NCBI RefSeq assembly: GCF_024298765.1
Contig: NZ_CP101210.1
Length of the DNA stretch: 64,000 nucleotides
Reading direction: 5' to 3' (one strand)
DNA from: Escherichia coli
Lineage (GTDB): Bacteria; Pseudomonadota; Gammaproteobacteria; Enterobacterales; Enterobacteriaceae
In this document: positions 35,034-45,606 of the stretch, one piece after another
Numbering within the stretch: position 1 is the stretch's first letter
Layout: each line of letters begins with the position of its first letter
Made by a program: the position numbers and the translations under genes
Notes under the pieces: generated by a model
Seen by the model: only the letters and a program-made list of their open reading frames with translations
What the model was told of the DNA's origin: nothing
Databases searched by the model: none

Positions 35034-35064
35034 TGCATTTCATTCCGTTCTGATGGCATTTCAT
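35034..35064 (+). promoter_or_regulatory. Direct repeats TGCATTTCAT-N11-GGCATTTCAT (YpdB/LytTR-type site) upstream of yhjX
   Basis: Two 10-bp repeats 21 bp apart start-to-start, about 90 bp upstream of yhjX; matches the reported YpdB site architecture. Confidence 0.55.
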
Positions 35065-35147
35065 GCCGTTTTTCCCCAGGCATAAAGTGCACTTCGTTAT
35101 GGTTGTCAGCAGAGATTTTTCCTTTTTATTACTGCAGGAATACTGCC

Positions 35148-36356
35148 ATGACACCTTCAAATTATCAGCGTACCCGCTGGTTGACACTCATCGGTACTAT
35201 CATTACCCAGTTTGCGCTGGGGTCGGTTTATACCTGGAGCCTGTTTAACGGCGCGCTTTCTGCCAAGCTGGATGCGCCGGTAAGCCAGGTCGCTTTCTCT
35301 TTCGGCTTGTTAAGTCTGGGGCTGGCAATTTCATCTTCTGTTGCGGGGAAATTACAGGAACGTTTTGGCGTTAAACGCGTCACTATGGCTTCCGGCATTT
35401 TGCTGGGATTAGGCTTCTTCCTGACAGCGCATTCTGACAACCTGATGATGCTGTGGTTAAGCGCCGGTGTGCTGGTCGGTCTGGCGGATGGCGCGGGTTA
35501 CCTGCTGACGCTCTCTAACTGCGTGAAGTGGTTCCCGGAGCGTAAAGGTCTGATCTCCGCGTTCGCTATCGGTTCTTATGGTCTGGGTAGCCTGGGTTTC
35601 AAATTTATCGACACGCAGCTGCTCGAAACGGTGGGTCTGGAAAAAACTTTTGTGATTTGGGGAGCGATTGCGCTGGTGATGATTGTTTTCGGCGCAACGT
35701 TAATGAAAGACGCACCAAAACAGGAAGTGAAAACCAGCAATGGTGTCGTGGAGAAAGATTACACGCTGGCAGAGTCGATGCGTAAACCGCAGTACTGGAT
35801 GTTAGCGGTAATGTTCCTGACTGCCTGCATGAGCGGCCTGTACGTGATTGGGGTAGCGAAAGATATCGCCCAAAGTCTGGCACACCTTGATGTGGTTTCC
35901 GCAGCCAATGCAGTCACTGTTATTTCCATCGCCAACCTTTCAGGTCGTCTGGTTCTGGGGATACTGTCTGACAAAATCGCCCGAATCCGTGTTATCACCA
36001 TTGGTCAGGTGATTTCGCTGGTGGGTATGGCGGCCCTGCTGTTTGCACCATTGAATGCAGTGACGTTCTTTGCAGCGATTGCCTGCGTGGCGTTTAACTT
36101 TGGCGGCACTATCACGGTGTTCCCGTCACTGGTCAGTGAGTTCTTCGGCCTCAATAACCTGGCGAAAAACTACGGTGTGATTTATCTCGGTTTCGGTATC
36201 GGCAGCATTTGTGGGTCGATTATCGCCTCACTGTTTGGCGGCTTCTATGTGACCTTCTACGTGATTTTCGCCCTGCTGATTCTGTCACTGGCGCTCTCTA
36301 CGACGATTCGTCAGCCAGAGCAGAAAATGTTGCGTGAGGCGCATGGCTCCCTTTAA
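35148..36356 (+). CDS. yhjX: MFS transporter (pyruvate-inducible)
   Basis: ORF trimmed to MTPSNYQRTRW start (402 aa); 12-TM MFS. Confidence 0.9.
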   Translation: MTPSNYQRTRWLTLIGTIITQFALGSVYTWSLFNGALSAKLDAPVSQVAFSFGLLSLGLAISSSVAGKLQERFGVKRVTMASGILLGLGFFLTAHSDNLMMLWLSAGVLVGLADGAGYLLTLSNCVKWFPERKGLISAFAIGSYGLGSLGFKFIDTQLLETVGLEKTFVIWGAIALVMIVFGATLMKDAPKQEVKTSNGVVEKDYTLAESMRKPQYWMLAVMFLTACMSGLYVIGVAKDIAQSLAHLDVVSAANAVTVISIANLSGRLVLGILSDKIARIRVITIGQVISLVGMAALLFAPLNAVTFFAAIACVAFNFGGTITVFPSLVSEFFGLNNLAKNYGVIYLGFGIGSICGSIIASLFGGFYVTFYVIFALLILSLALSTTIRQPEQKMLREAHGSL

Positions 36357-36433
36357 TCATCTGCCGCGAGCTACTGGGCTTTAGCCTTAGTGTGAATCAA
36401 ACGCTTCAACGCAATGTATAAACAATGACGCGT

Positions 36434-36460
36434 AAAATTTGGGCCAGTTAACTGGCCCTT
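36434..36460 (+). terminator. Rho-independent terminator after yhjX
   Basis: gggccagttaactggccc followed by tttttac. Confidence 0.6.
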
Positions 36461-36679
36461 TTTACTGCTTTTTGTAACGCTAAAGTCTCTTTTCAAACTT
36501 GCATTTTTGTAAATTTGTGCTTCGTGCACACTCTTTCCCCACACTTTTTCCCTTTGCTGTGGTCTACTTATTCGCGCGTGTAGATTTTACTTATCTGACT
36601 ACCTCCGCACTTTTCCCCTGCCTGGCCTGAAAAGCCATTAAGCAGGGTGTTATCACCTGTTTGTCCAGGGTTTGTTTGC

Positions 36680-38371
36680 ATGAGATACATCAAATCGATT
36701 ACACAGCAGAAGCTGAGCTTTTTGCTTGCAATCTATATTGGCCTTTTTATGAATGGCGCGGTTTTTTACCGCCGCTTCGGCAGCTATGCGCACGATTTTA
36801 CCGTCTGGAAAGGCATTTCTGCTGTTGTTGAACTGGCCGCCACCGTACTGGTGACCTTCTTTTTACTACGTCTTCTTTCGCTGTTTGGCCGCCGTAGCTG
36901 GCGTATTCTGGCGTCGCTGGTGGTGCTCTTTTCCGCAGGTGCCAGCTATTACATGACCTTCCTTAATGTGGTCATTGGTTATGGCATCATCGCTTCCGTC
37001 ATGACCACCGATATCGACCTGTCAAAAGAAGTTGTTGGTCTGAACTTTATTCTCTGGTTAATCGCCGTAAGTGCATTGCCTCTTATCCTTATCTGGAATA
37101 ACCGCTGTCGTTACACCTTGCTCCGACAGCTGCGAACCCCTGGACAGCGTATTCGCAGCCTGGCGGTCGTCGTGCTAGCTGGTATTATGGTTTGGGCACC
37201 GATTCGTTTGCTGGATATCCAGCAGAAGAAAGTGGAGAGGGCGACCGGTGTTGATTTGCCAAGCTATGGCGGCGTCGTAGCGAACTCTTATCTGCCATCA
37301 AACTGGCTTTCGGCATTGGGGCTGTATGCCTGGGCGCGGGTCGATGAATCTTCCGATAACAATTCATTGCTTAATCCGGCGAAGAAATTCACTTATCAGG
37401 CACCGCAAAACGTTGATGACACTTATGTCGTGTTTATCATCGGTGAAACTACGCGTTGGGACCATATGGGCATTTTCGGCTATGAGCGTAATACCACGCC
37501 GAAGCTGGCCCAGGAGAAAAATCTGGCGGCGTTCCGTGGCTATTCTTGTGACACGGCGACCAAACTTTCTCTGCGTTGCATGTTTGTACGAGAGGGTGGA
37601 GCGGAAGATAATCCGCAGCGCACATTAAAAGAACAGAACATTTTCGCGGTGCTGAAGCAGTTAGGATTCAGTTCTGACCTCTACGCTATGCAGAGCGAAA
37701 TGTGGTTCTACAGCAACACGATGGCGGACAACATTGCTTATCGTGAGCAGATTGGTGCGGAGCCACGTAACCGTGGCAAGCCGGTAGATGATATGTTGCT
37801 GGTAGACGAAATGCAGCAATCGCTGGGGCGCAACCCGGATGGCAAGCATCTGATCATTTTGCATACCAAAGGTTCGCACTTTAACTACACCCAGCGTTAC
37901 CCGCGCAGCTTTGCGCAGTGGAAGCCGGAATGTATTGGTGTTGATAGCGGCTGTACCAAAGCGCAGATGATCAACTCCTATGACAACTCGGTGACCTATG
38001 TGGATCACTTTATCTCCAGCGTGATTGATCAGGTTCGCGATAAGAAAGCGATTGTGTTCTACGCAGCTGACCACGGTGAGTCAATTAACGAACGCGAGCA
38101 CCTGCACGGCACGCCGCGTGAACTGGCACCGCCGGAACAGTTCCGTGTGCCGATGATGGTCTGGATGTCGGATAAATATCTGGAAAATCCGGTCAATGCG
38201 CAGGCATTTGCGCAGCTGAAAAAAGAAGCCGACATGAAAGTGCCACGCCGTCACGTAGAGCTGTACGACACCATTATGGGGTGTCTTGGCTATACTTCAC
38301 CTGATGGTGGAATTAACGAAAACAACAACTGGTGTCACATCCCGCAGGCAAAAGAGGCAGCGGCTAACTAA
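36680..38371 (+). CDS. eptB: Kdo2-lipid A phosphoethanolamine transferase
   Basis: ORF trimmed to [10 protein letters not shown] start (563 aa); N-terminal TM domain plus sulfatase-like domain. Confidence 0.92.
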   Translation: MRYIKSITQQKLSFLLAIYIGLFMNGAVFYRRFGSYAHDFTVWKGISAVVELAATVLVTFFLLRLLSLFGRRSWRILASLVVLFSAGASYYMTFLNVVIGYGIIASVMTTDIDLSKEVVGLNFILWLIAVSALPLILIWNNRCRYTLLRQLRTPGQRIRSLAVVVLAGIMVWAPIRLLDIQQKKVERATGVDLPSYGGVVANSYLPSNWLSALGLYAWARVDESSDNNSLLNPAKKFTYQAPQNVDDTYVVFIIGETTRWDHMGIFGYERNTTPKLAQEKNLAAFRGYSCDTATKLSLRCMFVREGGAEDNPQRTLKEQNIFAVLKQLGFSSDLYAMQSEMWFYSNTMADNIAYREQIGAEPRNRGKPVDDMLLVDEMQQSLGRNPDGKHLIILHTKGSHFNYTQRYPRSFAQWKPECIGVDSGCTKAQMINSYDNSVTYVDHFISSVIDQVRDKKAIVFYAADHGESINEREHLHGTPRELAPPEQFRVPMMVWMSDKYLENPVNAQAFAQLKKEADMKVPRRHVELYDTIMGCLGYTSPDGGINENNNWCHIPQAKEAAAN

Positions 38372-38462
38372 GCGGCCTGCTGACTTTCTCGCCGATCAAA
38401 AGGCATTTTGCTATTAAGGGATTGACGAGGGCGTATCTGCGCAGTAAGATGCGCCCCGCATT

Positions 38463-38539
<77 letters not shown>

Positions 38540-38545
38540 AATTCG

Positions 38546-38576
38546 AAAAGCCTGCTCAGCGAGCAGGCTTTTTTGC
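38546..38576 (+). terminator. proK Rho-independent terminator
   Basis: aaaagcctgctcagcgagcaggcttttttg immediately after the tRNA. Confidence 0.8.
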
Positions 38577-38632
38577 ATTTGTTGACCCGTCCTGAATAGC
38601 GTTGACACGTTCCTGACTTAAATCCGGAGAAC

Positions 38633-39037
38633 GTGATGATGACTGAGTTCAAACGCACCCAACGTGATTATCCTCTATCCTTTAAAATAGCTGTTGTTGA
38701 GCAGGTTGAAAAAGGCGAGATGACCTATAAACAGGCCCAGCAGCGGTATGGCATTCAGGGGCGCTCCACCGTTCTTGTCTGGTTACGTAAATATGGCCGG
38801 CTTGACTGGAGTCCTGGACTTCCTGACCTGGTGAAGAGGAAACTGCCTGTGACTCAGACAACTATCCCGCTCACACCCGAGCAAAGAATCAGGGAACTTG
38901 AAGCGCAGCTTGAGCTGGCGAACCAGAAAGCTGAGTTTTTTGAGTCAGTTATCAATGTCCTTAAAAATGATTACGGGGTGAGTATCGTAAAAAAGCGGCC
39001 CGGCAAGTCCTCGCGCAAAGTCCGGCCCCCAAAATAA
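38633..39037 (+). CDS. IS3-family transposase OrfA (HTH)
   Basis: 134-aa ORF with HTH region and leucine-zipper-like C-terminus; slippery A_AAA_AAG near 38986. Confidence 0.85.
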   Translation: MMMTEFKRTQRDYPLSFKIAVVEQVEKGEMTYKQAQQRYGIQGRSTVLVWLRKYGRLDWSPGLPDLVKRKLPVTQTTIPLTPEQRIRELEAQLELANQKAEFFESVINVLKNDYGVSIVKKRPGKSSRKVRPPK

Positions 39038-39039
39038 CT

Positions 39040-39891
39040 GTGACGCGTGCATGTCTGTTCCTGGGACACAGCAGACAGGCATGGTATCAGGACAACACAA
39101 GGCGCAGAAAACGGCAGGAACATCATGCTCAGGTTCTTGATTTTGTTGCCCGTGTCAGATGTCGTCAGCCCCGAATCGGTGCGCGTAAGCTGCACTATCT
39201 GCTGAACACTCAGGCCGATAAAAGGCTGAATATCGGGCGAGACCGCCTGTTTAACCTGCTCGATGAATACCGACTCCTGGTGCCAGTAAAACGGGCATAT
39301 CACAAAACTACCAACAGTCATCATCGCTTCTACCGACATCCAAACCTGCTTAAACCAGGCCCTGAACAGGTTACCGCTCTTGAACCAGAACAGGTCTGGG
39401 TCGCCGATATTACTTACCTTCCACTGCGCAATGGTACGGCCTATCTGAGTCTGGTCACCGATGCCTGCTCCAGAAAAATTATGGGCTACCATGTTGGGGA
39501 AAACCTGCAGACAGAAAATGTGGTAAAAGCGTTCAGACAGGCGCTGAGGCTGAGAAAAACGACGAGTCCCCTGGTGCATCATTCTGACAGGGGGCTGCAA
39601 TACTGTTCAGCGCTCTATCAGTCAGTTCATGAAAGAAATGGAATAACCTGTTCAATGACGGATGGTTATGACTGCTACCAGAACGCACTGGCTGAGCGAA
39701 TAAACGGTATCCTGAAAAATGAGTTTTTACTCTCGCGTCCTGCAGACCTGGCGCAGGCCCGGGAAATGGTCAAAGAGTCCGTGGCAATTTATAACCATGA
39801 GCGGCCACATCTGGCTCTGAAATACAAAACACCCGATGACGTTCATCAGGCGTTTTACAGACAGAAAAGTGTCAACGTATATCAGGACTAG
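39040..39891 (+). CDS. IS3-family transposase OrfB (DDE integrase core)
   Basis: 283-aa ORF in the -1 frame relative to orfA; rve-type catalytic residues (WVADITY, HSDRGLQY, ERING). Confidence 0.85.
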   Translation: MTRACLFLGHSRQAWYQDNTRRRKRQEHHAQVLDFVARVRCRQPRIGARKLHYLLNTQADKRLNIGRDRLFNLLDEYRLLVPVKRAYHKTTNSHHRFYRHPNLLKPGPEQVTALEPEQVWVADITYLPLRNGTAYLSLVTDACSRKIMGYHVGENLQTENVVKAFRQALRLRKTTSPLVHHSDRGLQYCSALYQSVHERNGITCSMTDGYDCYQNALAERINGILKNEFLLSRPADLAQAREMVKESVAIYNHERPHLALKYKTPDDVHQAFYRQKSVNVYQD

Positions 39892-39897
39892 TCATGT

Positions 39898-40111
39898 AGC
39901 CTATGAGGATGAGAACCTCCGGGGGCAGGGAGGTTCGACTCGAGCGAAGCGAGAGAACGTTGCGCCAGCAACGGCCCGCAGGGCGAGCCACGAAGTGGCG
40001 AGTAATCCTCTATCACCGACCAAATTCGAAAAGCCTGCTCAACGAGCAGGCTTTTTTGCATCTGTAGCCCATGAGGATGAGAACCTCCGGGGGCGGGGAG
40101 GTTCGACTCGA
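39898..40111 (+). repeat. att-like direct repeat: second copy of proK 3' end plus terminator, with two copies of a 46-bp element
   Basis: aatcctctatcaccgacca plus terminator at about 40004-40058 duplicates 38521-38576; agccYatgaggatgagaacctccgggggcRgggaggttcgactcga at 39898-39943 and 40066-40111. Confidence 0.7.
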
Positions 40112-40190
40112 CGTAGGCCTGATAAGACGCGCCAGCGTCGCATCAGGCAAATGTACCGGCCCATTGTCGGATTCGGCGCGACCGCCTTAT
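40112..40190. repeat. REP palindromic unit(s)
   Basis: gtaggcctgataagacgcgccagcgtcgcatcaggc, canonical E. coli REP. Confidence 0.7.
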
Positions 40191-40735
40191 CCGATCTACA
40201 CACCACACATTTCCCTGCCAAATTTGCGCCCCATATCTCACTATCCATTAACGGATTTGTGACAGAAACCATTGTCTTTTTTTATATTTGCTTAAATCTT
40301 TTTTTGCGTTACTTATGGCTGGCGCTGGCATTTTCCGCTGTGCGTTTTAGCGTTCATGGTATTAATCGCTCAGATATCCACCTTTACCTCAGATTTTTTT
40401 CATTAAATGCATAAAACTTAATCACCAAATGTTGCTAAATATTAAGCTGATTGTTCTGGTTGTGTTGGCGTAGCACAAATTTCTCTGCTGCAAATAGCTG
40501 TTTGAAGTTTTTTTAATCTTTGTTTGTGGATTCTCACCGTTGGTGTAAATCCCGGTTGGCTGTATTGACGTTTTCACATTCTGTTGACAGATTGTAGGTC
40601 ACGAGGGGCATTTTATGGAGGATCCGCACTGTTACACTGATGTTAATTAGTACGGCATCCCCACCTCATAACGTTGACCCGACCGGGCAAAAAACAAAAA
40701 AGGTCAGGCAGCGACAACCCACTGCAAAGGGTTAA

Positions 40736-40760
40736 AACAACAAACATCACAATTGGAGCA
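40736..40760 (+). promoter_or_regulatory. CA-rich dppA leader element (GcvB sRNA target region)
   Basis: aacaacaaacatcacaattggagc just upstream of the dppA start; GcvB pairing to this leader is established knowledge. Confidence 0.45.
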
Positions 40761-40765
40761 GAATA

Positions 40766-42373
40766 ATGCGTATTTCCTTGAAAAAGTCAGGGATGCTGAA
40801 GCTTGGTCTCAGCCTGGTGGCTATGACCGTCGCAGCAAGTGTTCAGGCTAAAACTCTGGTTTATTGCTCAGAAGGATCTCCGGAAGGGTTTAACCCGCAG
40901 CTGTTTACCTCCGGCACCACCTATGACGCCTCTTCCGTACCGCTTTATAACCGTCTGGTTGAATTTAAAATCGGCACCACTGAAGTGATCCCGGGCCTCG
41001 CTGAAAAGTGGGAAGTCAGCGAAGACGGTAAAACCTATACCTTCCATCTGCGTAAAGGTGTGAAGTGGCACGACAATAAAGAATTCAAACCGACGCGCGA
41101 ACTGAATGCCGATGACGTAGTGTTCTCGTTCGATCGTCAGAAAAACGCGCAAAACCCGTACCATAAAGTTTCTGGCGGTAGCTACGAATACTTTGAAGGC
41201 ATGGGCTTGCCGGAGCTGATCAGCGAAGTGAAAAAGGTGGACGACAACACCGTTCAGTTTGTGCTGACTCGACCGGAAGCGCCGTTCCTCGCTGACCTGG
41301 CAATGGACTTCGCCTCTATTCTGTCAAAAGAATATGCTGACGCGATGATGAAAGCCGGTACACCGGAAAAACTGGACCTCAACCCAATCGGCACCGGTCC
41401 GTTCCAGTTACAGCAGTACCAAAAAGATTCCCGTATCCGCTACAAAGCGTTTGATGGCTACTGGGGCACCAAACCGCAGATCGATACGCTGGTTTTCTCT
41501 ATTACCCCTGATGCTTCCGTGCGTTACGCGAAATTGCAGAAGAATGAATGCCAGGTGATGCCGTACCCGAACCCGGCAGATATCGCTCGCATGAAGCAGG
41601 ATAAATCCATCAATCTGATGGAAATGCCGGGGCTTAACGTCGGCTATCTTTCATATAACGTGCAGAAAAAACCACTTGATGACGTGAAAGTTCGCCAGGC
41701 TCTGACCTACGCGGTGAACAAAGACGCGATCATCAAAGCGGTTTATCAGGGCGCGGGCGTGGCAGCGAAAAACCTGATCCCGCCAACCATGTGGGGCTAT
41801 AACGACGACGTTCAGGACTACACCTACGATCCCGAAAAAGCGAAAGCCTTGCTGAAAGAAGCGGGCCTGGAAAAAGGCTTCTCCATCGACCTGTGGGCAA
41901 TGCCGGTACAACGTCCGTATAACCCGAATGCTCGCCGCATGGCAGAGATGATTCAGGCAGACTGGGCGAAAGTGGGCGTGCAGGCCAAAATTGTCACCTA
42001 CGAATGGGGTGAGTATCTCAAGCGTGCGAAAGATGGCGAGCATCAGACGGTAATGATGGGCTGGACTGGCGACAACGGGGATCCGGATAACTTCTTCGCC
42101 ACCCTGTTCAGCTGCGCCGCCTCTGAACAAGGCTCCAACTACTCAAAATGGTGCTACAAACCGTTTGAAGATCTGATTCAACCGGCGCGTGCCACCGACG
42201 ACCATAACAAACGTGTTGAACTGTACAAACAAGCGCAGGTGGTGATGCACGATCAGGCTCCGGCACTGATCATCGCTCACTCCACCGTATTTGAACCGGT
42301 ACGCAAAGAAGTTAAAGGCTATGTGGTTGATCCATTAGGCAAACATCACTTCGAAAACGTCTCTATCGAATAA
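40766..42373 (+). CDS. dppA: Dipeptide ABC transporter periplasmic binding protein
   Basis: 535-aa ORF with signal peptide; SBP family 5. Confidence 0.96.
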   Translation: MRISLKKSGMLKLGLSLVAMTVAASVQAKTLVYCSEGSPEGFNPQLFTSGTTYDASSVPLYNRLVEFKIGTTEVIPGLAEKWEVSEDGKTYTFHLRKGVKWHDNKEFKPTRELNADDVVFSFDRQKNAQNPYHKVSGGSYEYFEGMGLPELISEVKKVDDNTVQFVLTRPEAPFLADLAMDFASILSKEYADAMMKAGTPEKLDLNPIGTGPFQLQQYQKDSRIRYKAFDGYWGTKPQIDTLVFSITPDASVRYAKLQKNECQVMPYPNPADIARMKQDKSINLMEMPGLNVGYLSYNVQKKPLDDVKVRQALTYAVNKDAIIKAVYQGAGVAAKNLIPPTMWGYNDDVQDYTYDPEKAKALLKEAGLEKGFSIDLWAMPVQRPYNPNARRMAEMIQADWAKVGVQAKIVTYEWGEYLKRAKDGEHQTVMMGWTGDNGDPDNFFATLFSCAASEQGSNYSKWCYKPFEDLIQPARATDDHNKRVELYKQAQVVMHDQAPALIIAHSTVFEPVRKEVKGYVVDPLGKHHFENVSIE

Positions 42374-42399
42374 TTAAAAGCCATACAAGACTGATGGCA

Positions 42400-42560
42400 A
42401 AGGCAAAACTGCCTGATGCGCTCCGCTTATCAGGCCTACGAAAATTCTGCAATGTATTGAATTTGCACGATTTTGTAGGCCGGATAAGGCGTTAACGCCG
42501 CATCCGGCATAAACAAAGCGCACTTTGTCAACAATCTGCATACCCGGTGGCGCTGTGCCT
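42400..42560. repeat. REP / BIME cluster in the dppA-dppB intergenic region
   Basis: Several palindromic units (gcctgatgcgctccgcttatcaggcctac, gtaggccggataaggcgttaacgccgcatccggc). Confidence 0.75.
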
Positions 42561-42680
42561 CTGCGTGCAGCGCCATCCGGCAGCAATACTTCATTCCCTG
42601 TTCCACAAGGGCGGGAATTGATTTGTGAGCAATACAGACACGCAGTTCCAGGCTGCGGGTCATTATAGAGAATCCGGGTT

Positions 42681-43700
42681 ATGTTGCAGTTTATTCTCCG
42701 ACGTTTGGGACTCGTCATCCCCACGTTTATCGGTATTACCCTTCTCACATTTGCCTTTGTCCACATGATCCCGGGCGATCCGGTGATGATCATGGCGGGC
42801 GAACGTGGGATCTCCCCAGAGCGTCACGCGCAATTGCTGGCTGAACTCGGCTTAGATAAACCGATGTGGCAGCAGTATCTCCATTACATTTGGGGCGTAA
42901 TGCACGGTGATTTAGGCATTTCGATGAAAAGCCGAATTCCGGTATGGGAAGAGTTCGTGCCGCGCTTTCAGGCCACGCTGGAACTTGGCGTCTGCGCGAT
43001 GATTTTTGCGACCGCAGTCGGGATTCCGGTTGGTGTGCTGGCTGCGGTTAAACGTGGTTCCATTTTCGATCACACAGCGGTTGGCCTGGCGCTGACCGGC
43101 TACTCGATGCCAATTTTCTGGTGGGGCATGATGCTGATCATGCTGGTTTCGGTGCACTGGAACCTGACGCCCGTCTCCGGTCGCGTGAGCGACATGGTGT
43201 TCCTCGATGATTCCAATCCGTTAACCGGTTTTATGCTGATCGACACCGCCATCTGGGGTGAAGACGGTAACTTTATCGATGCCGTCGCCCATATGATCTT
43301 GCCCGCCATTGTGCTGGGTACTATCCCGCTGGCGGTCATTGTGCGTATGACACGCTCCTCGATGCTGGAAGTGCTGGGTGAAGATTACATCCGCACCGCG
43401 CGCGCCAAAGGGTTGACCCGCCTTAGGGTGATTATCGTCCATGCGCTGCGTAACGCGATGCTGCCGGTGGTGACCGTTATCGGCCTGCAGGTGGGAACGT
43501 TGCTGGCGGGGGCGATTCTGACCGAAACCATCTTCTCGTGGCCCGGTCTGGGGCGCTGGTTGATTGACGCACTGCAACGCCGCGACTATCCGGTAGTGCA
43601 GGGCGGCGTATTGCTGGTGGCGACGATGATTATCCTCGTCAACTTGCTGGTCGATCTGCTGTACGGCGTGGTGAACCCGCGTATTCGTCATAAGAAGTAA
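42681..43700 (+). CDS. dppB: Dipeptide ABC transporter permease
   Basis: 339-aa ORF, BPD permease. Confidence 0.95.
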   Translation: MLQFILRRLGLVIPTFIGITLLTFAFVHMIPGDPVMIMAGERGISPERHAQLLAELGLDKPMWQQYLHYIWGVMHGDLGISMKSRIPVWEEFVPRFQATLELGVCAMIFATAVGIPVGVLAAVKRGSIFDHTAVGLALTGYSMPIFWWGMMLIMLVSVHWNLTPVSGRVSDMVFLDDSNPLTGFMLIDTAIWGEDGNFIDAVAHMILPAIVLGTIPLAVIVRMTRSSMLEVLGEDYIRTARAKGLTRLRVIIVHALRNAMLPVVTVIGLQVGTLLAGAILTETIFSWPGLGRWLIDALQRRDYPVVQGGVLLVATMIILVNLLVDLLYGVVNPRIRHKK

Positions 43701-43709
43701 GGGGACATC

Positions 43710-44612
43710 ATGTCACAGGTTACTGAAAATAAAGTGATTAGCGCACCGGTGCCGATGACCCCGTTACAGGAGTTCTGGCACTATTTTAAACGCAACAAAG
43801 GCGCGGTCGTCGGGCTGGTTTACGTCGTCATCGTGCTGTTTATCGCGATCTTTGCCAACTGGATTGCACCCTATAACCCGGCGGAACAGTTCCGCGATGC
43901 ACTGCTCGCCCCGCCAGCCTGGCAGGAAGGCGGCAGCATGGCGCACTTGCTGGGCACCGATGACGTAGGCCGTGATGTGCTGTCGCGTCTGATGTACGGT
44001 GCGCGATTGTCACTGCTGGTTGGCTGTCTGGTAGTTGTGTTATCGCTGATTATGGGCGTTATTCTCGGCCTGATCGCCGGTTACTTCGGCGGCCTGGTCG
44101 ATAACATCATCATGCGCGTGGTCGATATCATGCTGGCGCTGCCAAGTCTGCTGTTGGCACTGGTGCTGGTGGCGATTTTCGGCCCGTCGATTGGTAACGC
44201 AGCGCTGGCGCTGACCTTCGTTGCCTTGCCGCACTATGTGCGCTTAACACGCGCCGCCGTGCTGGTGGAAGTTAACCGCGATTACGTTACCGCGTCTCGC
44301 GTGGCAGGTGCCGGGGCAATGCGCCAGATGTTTATTAACATCTTCCCGAACTGCCTTGCGCCGCTGATTGTTCAGGCGTCGCTCGGTTTCTCTAACGCCA
44401 TTCTCGATATGGCTGCTCTTGGTTTCCTCGGCATGGGGGCGCAGCCGCCAACGCCGGAGTGGGGCACCATGCTCTCCGACGTGTTGCAGTTCGCGCAAAG
44501 CGCCTGGTGGGTCGTGACCTTCCCGGGTCTGGCGATCCTGCTGACGGTGCTGGCATTTAACCTGATGGGTGACGGTCTGCGTGACGCGCTCGATCCCAAA
44601 CTGAAGCAGTAA
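43710..44612 (+). CDS. dppC: Dipeptide ABC transporter permease
   Basis: 300-aa ORF, BPD permease. Confidence 0.95.
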
Positions 44613-44622
44613 GAGGTTCGAG

Positions 44623-45606
44623 ATGGCGTTATTAAATGTAGATAAATTATCGGTGCATTTCGGCGACGAAAGCGCACCGTTCCGCGCCGTAGACCGCATC
44701 AGCTACAGCGTAAAACAGGGCGAAGTGGTCGGGATTGTGGGGGAGTCTGGCTCCGGTAAATCGGTCAGTTCGCTGGCGATTATGGGGCTGATTGATTATC
44801 CGGGCCGCGTAATGGCGGAAAAGCTGGAGTTTAACGGTCAGGATTTGCAGCGTATCTCGGAAAAAGAGCGCCGCAACCTTGTGGGTGCCGAAGTGGCGAT
44901 GATCTTCCAGGACCCGATGACCAGCCTTAACCCGTGCTACACCGTGGGTTTCCAGATTATGGAAGCGATTAAGGTGCATCAGGGCGGTAATAAGAGCACT
45001 CGTCGTCAGCGGGCGATTGACTTGTTGAATCAGGTCGGTATTCCCGATCCGGCTTCGCGTCTGGATGTTTACCCGCATCAGCTTTCCGGCGGCATGAGCC
45101 AGCGCGTGATGATTGCCATGGCGATTGCCTGTCGGCCAAAACTGCTGATTGCCGATGAACCAACCACTGCGCTGGACGTGACCATTCAGGCGCAAATCAT
45201 TGAACTACTGCTGGAGCTACAGCAGAAAGAGAACATGGCGCTGGTGTTAATTACCCATGACCTGGCGCTGGTGGCGGAAGCGGCACATAAAATCATCGTG
45301 ATGTATGCCGGTCAGGTGGTGGAAACGGGCGATGCGCACGCCATCTTCCATGCGCCGCGTCACCCGTATACTCAGGCATTGCTGCGTGCGCTGCCGGAAT
45401 TTGCTCAGGATAAAGAACGTCTGGCGTCGTTGCCAGGTGTTGTTCCCGGCAAGTATGACCGCCCGAACGGCTGCCTGCTTAACCCGCGCTGCCCCTATGC
45501 CACTGACAGATGTCGCGCTGAAGAACCGGCGCTGAATATGCTTGCTGACGGGCGTCAGTCCAAATGCCATTACCCACTTGATGATGCCGGGAGGCCGACA
45601 CTATGA
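44623..45606 (+). CDS. dppD: Dipeptide ABC transporter ATP-binding protein
   Basis: 327-aa ORF with Walker A GESGSGKS. Confidence 0.95.

Larger units (their letters stand above)
38583..39894 (+). mobile_element. IS3-family insertion sequence (about 1312 bp) with TGT target-site duplication
   Basis: Imperfect terminal inverted repeats tgacccgtcctgaatagcgttgacac (left) and gtgtcaacgtatatcaggactagtca (right, about 20/27 match); TGT at 38580-38582 and 39895-39897; orfA plus -1-frame orfB. Confidence 0.85.

Noticed and set aside
39836-40414. 192-aa plus-strand ORF downstream of the IS
   Set aside because: It reads through the IS end, the duplicated tRNA fragment, a terminator hairpin and a REP unit; its translation is dominated by repeat-derived sequence.
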